Assembly (NCBI GenBank): GCA_963575745.1
Contig: CAUYUJ010000225.1
Location: 1,364,001 to 1,428,000 of the forward strand
Length of the DNA stretch: 64,000 nt
Reading direction: 5' to 3'
From: Prorocentrum cordatum
Taxonomy: Eukaryota
The position numbers and the translations under genes were made by a program. The notes under the pieces are model-generated. The model made no database searches. It saw only the letters and a list, made by a program, of their open reading frames with translations, and was not told the DNA's origin. Below, piece by piece: positions 1 through 12,037 of the stretch; the stretch's first letter is position 1; every line of letters starts with the position of its first letter.

Positions 1-1
1 G

Positions 2-1027
2 CTGGCGAGGTTGATGGGGCGGATTCGGGTGGGGCTCTTTGGTGAGCGGGAGGAGGCGGGCGGCCGTCGCTAGTCCCTGCACTTCCTCCGGGAGGGTGCC
101 GCGCGCTACTGCTGCGGCCACTGTGGCCAGGGCACACGGAACGGACAGGTCAGTTTGGACGAGTTGGAAGTGCTCGTACCGCCACACGTCGGGCCCAGCT
201 GCGCTTCGATTTGGTGCGGCCCGCAAGGCTTTGGCGAAGTGTAGCTCGAACTGTTGCTGCTCGCCGTCCTGTTCGTCGTAGGCGGCTGGTGGCTGTGGCT
301 GATGGTGTGGGAAGAGCTGCGGTGCGGCTTGAAGGGTCAACTCGTCTCCAGCAATTTCGAATGCTTCGCGGAGGACTCTCGTCGCTTTGCCCACGGCGCC
401 TGCCTCCACGAGTTTGCGCGCCGTCATAACGTCGTGCTCTGCGGTAGTTTTCCGCCTGGCGCGCAAAGGAGGTGGGGCGGAGTCAAGGACGGCGCCCCAA
501 AGCTGCGCTTCGCGGTGCTCCCTGATCTCCGAGGCCCGGCGGAACAGCGCAGTGGTGAGCTGAGCGTTGCCTTTCTTGCCGCCTCGGAGGTTGGCGTGTC
601 CGAGCAGTAGCTTAGGGAGCATGAACCAACGCTTGGCCGCCTTGGTGATGGACTCCGGGGTGCCGCGGTGGATCTCGTGGGCGAAAACCTTCGTGTGCTC
701 CGTTATGATGGCGCCCACCACCCCGCGAGCGTGCGGCGGTATATGGGCGGCCGTGGGCACTGGTAATTGGACCATTTCTGGCGTCCCATTCGGCGTTGGC
801 GTCGTTGCTGGCGTGCCTGGCCGTGTCGAGTTGGAGCTGCGCGTCGGCTGGCGCAGGCGGCGCCGGCGCGGTGACGACGGCAGCCCATTTGTGTTCAACT
901 TCTCTTTTGAATACAAAAGGAAGGTCGTCGGCCACTTCCAGGGCAGCGTTGCTGGTCTGGGCGCAGACAAGAGCGCACTCCAAGCAGGCGACGGGGCTCT
1001 GCGGCGCAATGCTTGTGCGACAGCGGA
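2..1027 (-). mobile_element. Non-LTR retrotransposon (CRE-clade-like) reverse transcriptase ORF, N-terminal RT region; continues beyond the window's left edge
   Basis: Stop-free minus frame from 1027 to the edge, translated by hand: ...PTAAHIPPHAR...AAKRWFMLPKLLLG...RGGKKG...ARKLVEAGAVGKATRVL...RSAAGPDVWRYEHF...ARGTLPEEV...ARLLPLTK. A frameshift near 35-40 then gives SPTRIRPINLAS. These match RT domains 0-2 of CRE-type elements (GPDGWRYEHL; L.K..RPI). Confidence 0.85.
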
Positions 1028-2229
1028 TCACCTGCGGCGGTATGATGGAAGTGCACATCGCGCACGTAGCTGCTCTGCCTGTCCGGGGGAGCGTGGCGTA
1101 CCACGTCGCGGCGTCCTCTCGTGGCCGTCGCCGCGATCGTTGCCCGGCAGCGTCGCCTGGTAGGGCGCCAGGCACAGCGGCAGCTGCAGTGCCAGAGCGG
1201 GAGGTTTCGCCAGTTCGTTGCGCCCGAAACCGCCCGTGTCTTGCCTCGAGGGGCCCGTCGTCGGTTGGCGCATTCGTGTCCATATCGTCCGCTGTGGCGG
1301 CCGCGGCCGCGCCAGGGCCTTCCCCGGGGTACCCCAGCGTGCAGTCGAAGCCCAGCTCGCTCCACGTCGCGGCAATTGCAGCTGGCGCCATCCCGTAAGC
1401 TTGGTTCCTCCTGGCCAGCTTTTCGAGCTGCGTCCAAAAGTGGTGACGAGGAACCCGAGGCGTCGGGGCACTCAATGTCGCCGTGGCCAACGTCATCGTG
1501 TAGCTGGCGGCACCGACAGCAGATCCCGTTAGCGCAGCGGCCAGCAGGCAACTAACGAGCAGGACGATCGCGAGAGCGCGCTTCTTGCCATACTTCTGCA
1601 CGAGTCCGCACGCCTTGGAGGGCCTGGCCATGAGGCGCCGCCCGATCGTTAGTACGGCAAGCAGCAGGTCCACAGAGAGACAGGTGAGCACCGCAAGAGC
1701 GCACGTGAGATGGCCTGCGAGGCGCAGCATTGTGAGGGGGATTGGCAGCTGCCGAGTCGGCTCCGGCTGACATCTTGCACTCCCCCGATGGCCGGCGGCA
1801 TTCCATGCCGAGAGTGCCCAGAACAGCAAGGCCGCAAGTACCTGCGACCGTCCGCGGGCGTGCCAGAAGAGGCGCAACGCCCTCTCGGGGACGGTGTAGC
1901 AAGTTCCCCTGGTCCCACCAGTGATTGTGCTGCTGAACGTGGCGCTGCTGGTGTCCGTCGTGCTGGTCAATGTGGTGCCGCTAGTTGCAATGTTGCTGTG
2001 AAGCATGATGTTGCTGGTATTAGTCGTGCTCGTAATGCTTATCGTCGTGCTGGGCGTAGTGGTGTTGTTGGTACCAGTCGCACTCTGAACACTCGCGTTG
2101 CTGCTCTCACCGCTGCTGCTCGACGATGTGTTGGGCGTAGTGGTGTTGCTGGTACTGGGCTCGCTCGGAACACTCATGGTTATACTTGTACCCGTGCTGC
2201 TCGCCGACGTGCTGAGCGTAGTGGTGCTA
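612..2229 (-). CDS. Disrupted ORF: end of the Ser/Thr repeat, 2-3 hydrophobic helices, FDCTLGYPGEGP motif, Cys-rich finger; probably joins the RT frame through a frameshift near 780
   Basis: ORF 612..2177 contains VLAALLFWALSAW, LTCALAVLTCLSVDLLLAVLTI and ALAIVLLVSCLLAAALTG, the motif at 1314-1349, and CAMC...CLEC at 975-1103. After EWDA (~780) the protein-like sequence switches to the RT frame. Confidence 0.6.
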
Positions 2230-5200
2230 GGTGCTGCCGGTACCGGTCGTGCTCGTCACACTCGTGGTTCTGCTCTCCGTCGTACCGCTCGCCGCCGTGC
2301 TCGGCGTAGTGGTGCTGCTGAAGTCGGTCGTGCTCGTCACACTCGCGGTGCTGCTCTCGGTCGTACTGCTCACCGATGTGCGGGGCGTACCCGTGCTGCT
2401 GGTAACAGTCGTGCTCTTTACACTCGTGGTGCTGCTCTCGGTCGTACTGTTCGCCGACGCGCTGGGCGTGGCGGTGCTGCTGACCCCGATCGTGCTCGTC
2501 ACTGTCGTGGTGCTGCTTTTTGTCGAACTGCTCGCCGACGTGCTGGGCGTGGTGGTGCTGCTGGTCTCGGTCGTGATCGTCGTACTCGTGGCGCTGCTCT
2601 CAGTCGTACTGCTCGCCGACGTGCTCGGCGTAGTGGTGCTGCTGAAGTCGGTCGTGCTCGTCACACTCGCGGTGCTGCTCTCGGTCGTGCTGCTCACCGA
2701 TGTGCTGGGCGTACCCGTGCTGCTGGTACCAGTCGTGCTCTTTACACTCGTGGTGCTGCTCTCGGTCGTACTGCTCGCCGTCGTGCTGGGCGTAGCGGTG
2801 CTGCTCGTATCGGTCGAGCTGGTCATGTTCCTGGTGCTGCTCACGGTTGTACTGCTCGCCAACGTGGTGTGCGTAGTGGTGCTGCTGGTACGTCTCGTGT
2901 TCGTCCCACTCGTGGTGTTGCTCTCGGTCGTACTGCTCGCCGACGTGCTCGGCGTAGTGGTGCTGCTGGTCTCGGTCGTGCTCGTCATTCTCGTGGTGTT
3001 GCTCTCGGTCGTACTGTTCGCCGCTGTGATGGGCATAGTGGTGCTGCTGGTCTCGGTCGTGCTCGTTATCCTCGTGGTGCTGCTCTCGGTCGTACTGCTC
3101 GCCGACGTGCTGGGCGTAGTGATGCTGCTGGTACCGGTCGTGCTCCTCACCCCCGTAGTGCTGCTTTCAGTCGTTCTGCTCGCCGAGGTGCTGAGCGTAG
3201 TGGTGCTGCTGGTCTCGTTCGCGCTCGTGGCCCTGGTGGTGCTGCTCTCGGTCGTACTGCTCGCCGACGTGCTGGGCGTGGTGGCGCTGCTGGTCTCTGT
3301 CGTGCTCGTCACCCTCGTGGCGCTGCTCCCGGTCGCACTGCTCGCCGACGTGCTGGGCGTGGTGGTGCTGCTGGTCTCGGTCGTGCTCGGTACCCTCGTG
3401 ATGTTGCTCTCGGTCGTACTTCTCGCCGGCTTGCTGGACGTAGTGGTGCTGCTGGTCTCGGTCGTGCTCGGTACCCTCGTGGTGCTGCTCTCGGTCGTAC
3501 TGCTCGCCGCTGTGATGGGCATAGTGGTGCTGCTGGTCTCGGCCGTGCTCGTTACCCTCGCGGTGCTGCTTTCGGTCATACTGCTCGCCGACGTGCTGGG
3601 TGTAGTGATGCTGCTGGTCTCGGTCGTGCTGGTCATCCTCGTGGTGCTGCTCTCGGTCGTACTGCTCGACGACGCGCTGGGCGAGGCGGTGCTGCTGGTA
3701 CAGGTCGTGCTCTCCACACTCGTGGTGCTGCTCTCAGTCGTACTGCTCGCCGACGTGCTGGGCGTAGTGGTAATTGCCGGTGCCAGATATGCTCGCCCCA
3801 ATCGTGGTGCTGCTTTCGCTTGTTCTGCTCGCCGACGTGCTGGGCGTAGTGGTGCTGCTGTGCCCGTCGTGCTCGTCCCAGTGGTGCTACTTTCGGTTGT
3901 ACTGTTCGCCGACGTGCTGGGCGTAGTGGTGCTGATGATACTAGGCGTGCTCGTCACCCTCGTGGGTCTGCTCTCGGTCGTACTGCTCGCCGACGTGCTG
4001 AGCGTAGTGGCGCTGCTTGTCTCATTCGCGCTCGTGGCCCTCGTGGTGCTGCTCTCGGTCATACTGCTCGCCGACGTGCTGGGCGTGGTGGTGCTGTTCT
4101 CAGTCGTACTGCTCGCCGACGCACTGGGCGTGGCGGTGCTGGTGTCGGTCGTGCTCGTCACCCTCGTGGTGCTGCTCTCAGTCGTACTGCTCACCGACGT
4201 GCTGGGCGTAGTGGTGCTGCTGGTACCGGTCGTGCTCGACACCCTTGTGGTGCTGCTCTCGGTCGTACTTCTCGCCGACGCGCTGAGCGTGGTTGTGCTG
4301 CTGGTACGGGTCGTGCTCGTCACACTCGTGGTGCTTCTCTCGGTCGTACTGTTCGCCGACGCGCTGGGCGTGGCGGTGCTGCTGACCCCGGTCGTGCTCG
4401 TCACAGTCGTGGCGCTGCTTTTTGTCGTACTGCTCGCCGACGTGCTGGGCGTGGTGGTGCTGCTCGTCTCGGTCGTGATCGTCATTCTCGTGGCGCTGCT
4501 ATCAGTCGTACTGCTCGCCGACGTGCTGGGCGCAGTGGTACTGCTGGTGCCGCTCGTGCTCGTCACCCTCGTGGTGCTGCTCTCGGTCGTACTGCTGACC
4601 GACCCGCTGGACGGAGTGGCGCTGCTGGTCTCGGTCGTGCTCGTCACACTCGTGGTGCTTCTTTCGGTCGTACTGCTCGCCGACGTGCTGGGCGTAGTGG
4701 TGCTGCTGGTGCCGGTCGTGCTCGTCCCAATCGTGGTGCTGCTTTCGGTCGTACTGCTCGCCGACGCGCTGGGTGTAGTGGTGCTGCGGGTGGCGGTCGT
4801 GCTCGTCACCCGTGTGGTGCTGCTCTCGGTCGTACCGCTTGCCGACGTGCTGGGCGTAGTGATGCTGCTGGTCTCGGTCGTGCTGATCATGCTCGCGGCC
4901 CTGCTCTCGGTCGTATTGCTCGCCAACGTGCTGGGCGTAGTGGTGCTGCTGGTCTCGGTCGTGCTCGCCCCACTCGTGGTGCTGCTGCATTCTTTTATTC
5001 AACTCGCCGACGTGCTTGACGTCGTGGTGCTGCTGGTCTCGGTCGAGCTCGTCACACTCGTGGTGCTGCTCTCGTTCGTACTGCTCGCCGACACGCTGGG
5101 CGTGGTGGTGCTGCTGGTATCCGTTGTGCTCGCTACACTCGTGGTGCTGCCTTTGGTCGTACTGCTCGCGGACGTGCTGTGCGAAGTGATGTTGCTGGTC

Positions 5201-7403
5201 TCGGTCGTGCTCATCACCCTCGTGGTGCTGCTTTCGGTCGTACTGCTTGCCGACGTGCTGGGCGTAGTGGTGCTGCTGGTACCGGTCGTGCTCGTCACCC
5301 TCGTGGTGCTGCCCTCGGTCGTACTGCTCGCCGACGCGCTGGGCGTGGTGGTGCTGCTGGTCTCGGTCGTGCTCGTCACCCTCGTGGCGCTGCTCCCGGT
5401 CGCACTGCTCGCCGACGTGCTGGGCGTAGTGGCGCTGAGGGTCTCGGTCGTGCTCGTCACAGTCGTGGTGCTGCTTTCGGTCGTACTGCCCTCCGACGTG
5501 CTGGGCGTGGTAGTGCTGCTGATCTCGGTCGTGCTCGTCCCAATCGTGGTGCTGCTCTCGCTCATGCTGCTCGCCAACGCGCTGGGCTTAACGTTGCTTC
5601 TGGTACCTACCGTGCTGATTATACTCGCGACGCTGCTTTCGCTCGTACTGCTCGCCGACGTGCTGGGCGTAGTGGTGCTGCTGGTCTCGGTCGTGGTCGC
5701 CACCCTCGTGGTGCTGCTCTCGGTCGTACCGCTTGCCGACGTGCTGGGCGGAGTGGTGCTGCTGGTAGCGATCACTCTCGTCATACTCGTGGTGCTGCTC
5801 TCGGTCGTAGTGCTCTCCGACGTGCTGGGCGTAGTGTTGCCGCTGGTACTGGTTGTACTCGTCATACTCGTGGTGCTGCTCTCGGTCGTACTGTTATCCC
5901 TCGTGCTGGGCGTGGTGGTGCTGCTGGTATCCGTCGTACTCGTCATACTCGTGGTGCTGCTCTCGCTTGTATTACTCTCCGATGTGCTGGGCGCAGGGGT
6001 GCTGCTGGTGGCGTTCGTACTCGTGATTCTCGTGGTGCTGCTCTCGATCGTACTGTTCGCCGACGTGGTGGGCGTAAGGGTGCCGCTGGTACTGGTCGTA
6101 CCCGTCTTACTCGTGGTGCTGCTTTCAGTCGTAGTACTCTCCAACGTGCTTGGCGATATGATGCTGCTGGTTCGGGTCGTACTCGTCATACTCGTGGTGC
6201 TGCTCTCGGTCGTACTGCTTTCCGACGTGCTTCGCGTAGTGGTGCCGCTGGACAGGTCTTACTCGTCACACTTGTGGTGCTGCTCTCGGTCGTGCTGCTC
6301 GCCACAGCGCTGGACGTAATGGTGCCGCTGGTACTGGTCTTACTCGTCATACTTGTGGTGTTGTTCTCAGTCGTATTGCTCGCCGACGTGCTGGGCGTAG
6401 TGGTGACGCTGGTACCGGTCGTACTCGTCATACTCGTGGTGCTGCTCTCGGTTGTACTGCTCGTCGACGTGCTGGGCCTAGTGGTGTCGCTGGTACTGGT
6501 CGCACTCGTCATACTCGAGTTGCTGCTCTCGCTCGTACTGCTCACCGACGTGCCGGACGTAGTGGTGCCGCTGGTAATGGTCGCACTTGTCATACTCGTG
6601 GTGCTACTCTCGGTCGGACTGCTCACCGACGTGCTGGGCGTAGTGGTGCCGCTGGTACAGGTCGCACTTGTCATACTCGTGGTGCTGCTCTTGGGCGGAC
6701 TGCTCTCCGACGTGCTGGGCGTAGTGGTGCCGCTGGTACCGGTGGCAATCGTCATACTCATGGTGCTGCTCTCGGTCGTAAAGCTCACCGACGCGCTGGG
6801 CATAGTGGTGCCGCTGGTACAGGTCTCACTCGTCATACTCGTGGTGCTGCTCTCTATCGTACTGCCCTCCGACGTGCTGGGCGTAGTGGTACCGTTGATA
6901 CTGGTCGCACTCGTCATACTCGTGGTGCTGGTCTCGGTCGTACTGCTCCCCGACGTGCTGGGCGTAGTGGTGCCGCTGGTACCGGTGGCACTCGTCATAC
7001 TCGTGGTGCTGCTCTCGGTCGTACTGCTATCCGACACGCTGGGCATAGTGGTGCCGCTGGTACAGGTCTCACTCGTCATACTTGTGGTGCTGCTCTCAGG
7101 GGTACTGCCCTCCGACGTGCTGGGCGTAGTGATGCCGCTGGTGCCTGTCGCACTCGCCATACTCTTAATGCTGCTCTCGGTCGTCCTACTTTCCGACGTG
7201 CTGGGCGCCGTGGTGTCGCTGGTACCGGTCGCTGTCGTCATACTCGTGGTGCTGTTCTCGGTCGTAATATTCGCCGACGTGCTGGGCATAGTGGTGCCGC
7301 TGATACCGGTCGCTCTCGTCATACTCGTGGTGTTGCGTTCGGTCGTACTGTTCTCCGACGTGCTGTGCGTAGTGGCGCCGCTGGTACCGGTCGCACTCGT
7401 CAT
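1930..7403 (-). pseudogene. Mucin-like Ser/Thr-rich coding tandem repeat, 81-bp/27-aa unit (about 67 copies), interrupted
   Basis: Unit is TTESSTTRVTSTTETSSTTTPSTSASS; ORFs 6186..7469, 4999..6189 and 2227..4926. Lesions: 1-nt loss near 6251, in-frame TGA at 4999-5001, compensating frameshifts near 3775 and 3858, 7-nt insertion with a stop near 2229. Confidence 0.75.
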
Positions 7404-8569
7404 CCTCCTCCTCCTCCTCCCTCTCCTCCTCCCTCCTCTTCCTCCCTCCCTCTCCTCCTCCCTCCGCACTCGTCATACCTGGTACCGGTCTCATCCTCCT
7501 CCTCCTCCCTCTCCTCCTCCTCCCTCCTCTTTCTTCTCCTCCTCCTCCTCGTCCTCAGGCTCTCCTTCTCATCTGCTTCATTATGCTTCCTTCTCCTCCT
7601 CCCGACTCCCCCCCATCCCTCCTATTCCTCTTCTTCCCAGCTCCTCGCGACTATCCTCGGGTGACGGCGTCGAGGTGGACGAAGATTTGATTTTGATAGA
7701 CGCTCCAGTGCTGAACGAACGCGCCCCTGCTCCAGTCGGCGCATTGCCCCAAAACGAACTGGACAGAGTGCAGAAGCTAAGGCAAATATTGGCCGGGAAG
7801 GTTTTCCCGAGTCATCACCCAGTTTCCATGGGTCCCACCTGTTGCACAATGAACGACACCGCGCACTGCGCAATGGTGCCGACGAGTTGCACTAAGGATG
7901 CGCGGGAGGGCGAGGACTATGCAGAAAACTGGTGAGGATGGGAATGGCGATGAGGTGGAGCTGGATCAGCAAGAGGACGCGAGCCTGGGGGCCCGGAGCA
8001 GGCAGACTTGCAGGGAGTTAGGCAGGTATCCTCTCCAGAACCTACCACCGCTCCTCTGAAGGGCCCAGGGCTCTTCCCCGACCCCCATCCCGGAAGTCCC
8101 CATCCCCCTCTCCACGTCCTCCTCCTTCGTCCTCCTCCATCCTGCTACCCCGAGTCGCAGTCTTCCTCCTTGCCCCCCTGATCCTCCTCTTCCTCTTCCT
8201 CCTCCTTCTCACCCTGCTCTTCCTCCTTTACTCTTGCACCCCAATCCTGCCATCCATGAGCCCGACGAGCGCTTCAATGCTTACGCACACCTGATCCACA
8301 CACCTTTCAGGTATCCTACATGCTACGCACAGTCGAGCTTGATTTGAGAGGACACGCGAGGAAGAAGCAAGACCCTTCCAGGGGCCACAATGCCGTAGGA
8401 ATCCAGAGGCATGGGTGGCTACAATAACAGGACGCAAAGATGTCCTTGATCTGGCAGTGTCGGCCTACAAATCAAACTCGACTGTACCTTTGCAGCCTCT
8501 GCTCCAATACCGTATTGAATCCGCTTCACCTCCAGGAGCTATAAACTCCGACCCCCGAATTCCAAAGTT

Positions 8570-8790
8570 CTGAGGCTTCTAGGAGGCCTTCTACGAGGCA
8601 TAATGAGCGGCCTTCTAGAAGGACTATTCAGCGGTCTTCTGGGAGCGTATCAAGCGGCCTTCTAGGAGGCCTATTCAGCGGCCTTCCAGATAGCCTATTC
8701 AGCGGCCTTCTGGCTGATTCAGTGGCATTCTAGGAGACCTTCTAAGAAGCTGTTTAAGAAGCTTTGAGAGACCTTCTAAGAGGCCTGATG
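8570..8790. repeat. Degenerate ~24-bp tandem repeat (gcggccttctaggaggcctattca-like)
   Basis: Recurring gcggccttct/cttctag motifs. Confidence 0.7.
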
Positions 8791-9144
8791 AGATGCTTTC
8801 TAAGAGCCCTCATTCCGAAGGTGCTTCTTTTTCTCAGCCTTCTCCCCCTCCTCATGTCTCTGCTTCCTCCTCGGTCCTCAGCCGCCTGCCCCTGATTCCT
8901 CAGGCTCCTCCACATTCCTCTGACTCCTCCTCATTCCTCAGCCCTTTCTTCAATCCTCAGCCCTTTCCTCATTATTGTGTTTGTTCCTCATTTTTCCGCC
9001 TCCTCATTCCTCAGCCCCCTCCTCATTTCACAAGTTCCTCATCATTCCCCAGCACCCGCACTCTACTGCCTTCTCATTCCTCGGCCTCCTCAACCCTCAG
9101 CCCCTTCGCATTCCTCAGCCTTATCCTAATTCTTCAGCGTCCGA

Positions 9145-9480
9145 CCAGCTTCGCCTGAGACATCCTCGCAATTGTGGGCTGACCTGAGGTGGTCCAACCA
9201 GTTTCGCCAGAAGCATCCTCGCAACTATGGGTCCAGAGATCCCGTGCGAAGAGGTCGTCAGGCCAGTTCCGCCTGAGACATCCTCACAACTCAGGGTTCA
9301 AAGATGCTGCGCGTGAGGTGGTCCAGCCAGTTTTGCCTCACATGTCCTCGTAACGCTGCGCTCAGAGATGCCCTGACCTGAATTGGTTTGGCCACTTTCG
9401 CCTGCGACATCCTTTTATATTTTCAGCTCGAGGATGTCCCATCTCCTGAGCTATCCTCGCAACTCTAGGTTCAAGCTGCC
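9145..9480 (+). repeat. Dispersed repeat cluster with core ttcgcctgagacatcctcgcaact
   Basis: Several copies here; the same core recurs at 32795-33310 and 59150-59390. Confidence 0.75.
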
Positions 9481-10874
9481 CTGACCCAAGGATGAACAGG
9501 CAGAGGATTCGGAGGGAGTAATGGGGGGAAATGTTGCGAATGGTGCTGACGCCTGACCGCTGGCCACATCCTTGGTTGGGATAAAATCTCTCCCCCTATG
9601 ATTCACAGGGAAGAAGTCTCTCCCGGCCATGTCTCAGGATTTCAAGATTGCGCCTTAGTTGCACTCTAGATGCGCGCTACGAAGGCCGCGCGGCCTGGGC
9701 GAGGGACGCGGGCGGATCGCGGATTGCGCGCGCGAGTCTCGCCCGCCCGCGCGCGCAAACGCCCGCGCGCGCCCGCCCGCCGCCCGCTTGCGCGACCGCC
9801 CGCCCCCTCGCCCGCCCGCGCCCGCGCCCGCCCGCTGGGCCGCTGGCACCCCCGTTGCATACCGACGCAGCTCGCCGATGCATGTCGGAGGAATGCGCAG
9901 CAATGCGATGCAACTCGAAGGGACACAAAGCGACTCGAATGAGACGCGGCCAGGGCTCTGGACGGAGAGCAGTCGGGAGTGCCGAACGGGCGTTTCACGC
10001 GCGGCCCTCGAATCGAAAGCTGAGTTGCTTGCCTCTCTGTTGGGGTGGCTCCGAACGCCCGCCTGGCCGGGGCCAAGCTGATCCGCGCCAGGATCCATGG
10101 CCATGTCGACGGCGGACTCTCTGGGCTGACAGCCCGGGCAGACATGTTCTGGATTCCTCGCTCGTGTCGGGGCCGCGCTCTTTGCGGCGTCGTCATCGAA
10201 AGTCCAGCAGTACTGCGTGCACTCGGCGTTCCAACTCCTGCATGACTGCCTGATGACTTGTCGCGTGCATGCGTTATCGCATGCTTGCGCGTTGACGTCG
10301 GAGTGGTTCTCTCGCCGTCAGCTGGCCACCGCGTTGTTTTATGCTTTGAATGTGGTTTTGGGTGATATGTGTCTGGACGCAAAAGTCGGATGGCTAGTCA
10401 CAGACGTTCCACAGCCCCATCCATGGCGCGCTACCCTCCCAGGCGTGTTTAGCACACACACACACACACTCCCGAATTTGTCTGCAGGGATTGCCGCTTG
10501 CAGATTGACGGAGTGATCCCTGCTACCCGAGGGAGTGTTCCGATTTACCTCTTGGATTCGGCCTCCGAGCTGGGGTCGCAACACGAAAAAATGCTACTCT
10601 GGCGAAGAACCAACCCATTCTACACGCGTGAAGGTATCAACAAGACCACTCGCTGCACAAGAACTCTTTGAGGGGGGTCGCAATTCCCCTGAAAAATTCG
10701 CCAGAGAAAATCGAACCCGGCTCAGCATGCAGTCAGGCGACTCAATTCACACGCGGATGTTAGCTGTGCATGCGGCGCGGAACACGAGAGCGGGGACTGT
10801 GGGAGCAGGAGGAGGGATCATGGGCAACCTCACCTTTGAGCCAAATCGCGTCGCGGATCACGCGCCATGCTCGT

Positions 10875-11335
10875 GGGGGGTGCGCCAGGAGGGACCCGAA
10901 TCACCATGCGGACGCAGCCACTGGGGCCTTCTGGGGAGCTCCCTATGAGGCCACGAAGCGTGCGAGGGTTGTGCCAAAAGGGACCCGAGTCACCATGCGG
11001 ACGCAGCCTCTGGGGCCTTCGGTGGGGCTCCCTATGGGGCCGCGAAACCTTTGAGGGGTGTGTCAAAAGGGGCCCGAGACACCAAGCGGACGCAACCACT
11101 GGGGCCTTCGGCGGGGCTTCCTACGGAGCCACGACACGTGTGAGGGGTGTGCCAGAAGGGACCCGAGACACCAAGCGGACGCAGCCACTGGGGCCTTCGG
11201 CGGGGCTTCCTACGGGGCCACGAAACGCGTGAGGGGTGCGGCCGAAAGGGCCCGAGTCACCGTGCGGACGCAGCCACTGGAGCCTCTGGTGGAGCTCCCT
11301 ATGGGGCCACGAAACGCGTGAGGGGTACGCCGAAA
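10875..11335 (+). repeat. 89-bp minisatellite, about 5 copies
   Basis: cggacgca at 10909, 10998, 11087, 11176 and 11265 (exact 89-bp spacing). Confidence 0.95.
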
Positions 11336-11491
11336 CGGTGATGAGAATCGTGATGGTGGTGGCGATGGTGATGGTGATGCTGATGGTGGTGGTGATGACG
11401 ATGGTGGTGATGATGATGATGATGATGAAGAAAATGAAGATGAAGATGAAGATGAAAATGAAGATGAAGATGAAGATGAAGATGAAGATGC

Positions 11492-11528
<37 letters not shown>

Positions 11529-11538
11529 AATAATGATA

Positions 11539-11586
<48 letters not shown>

Positions 11587-11622
11587 ATGGTGATGATGAT
11601 GATGATGCTGATGGTGATGGTG

Positions 11623-11654
<32 letters not shown>

Positions 11655-11686
11655 ACTGATACTGATACTGATACTGATACTGATAC

Positions 11687-11733
<47 letters not shown>

Positions 11734-11757
11734 CCGATGATGATGGTGATGGTGATA
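11336..11757. repeat. (GAT)n compound microsatellite
   Basis: Direct reading. Confidence 0.95.
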
Positions 11758-12037
11758 GGGAGAGGGGAGAAGAGGATGAGGAGGACGTGAAAGGAGGATA
11801 AAAAAGGAAGAGGAGAGGAGGGAGGAGGAGGGTGAGGAAGGAAGGAAGGAAGGCAGGAGACGCGCGGCGCTGCGATTTCAAAACGAGGACCCAACACACA
11901 GGAGGGTTGGGAACTAATGTGCAGAAAACGCCACAAACTGGAAACTGCTGGTGAAAATATATGGTTTTGCAACAGGGCCCAGTGGGACCACAGGCGCACT
12001 CCATCCAATATATATATATACACACACTAGAACCATA

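Noticed and set aside
2231..6319. 1362-aa Val/Leu-rich plus-strand ORF and the overlapping Arg/Ala-rich ORFs
   Set aside because: Antisense shadow of the Ser/Thr repeat, whose complement rarely contains stops.
10835..10845. Possible dinoflagellate spliced-leader relic (ttgagccaaa)
   Set aside because: Only about 10 nt match and the flanks diverge.
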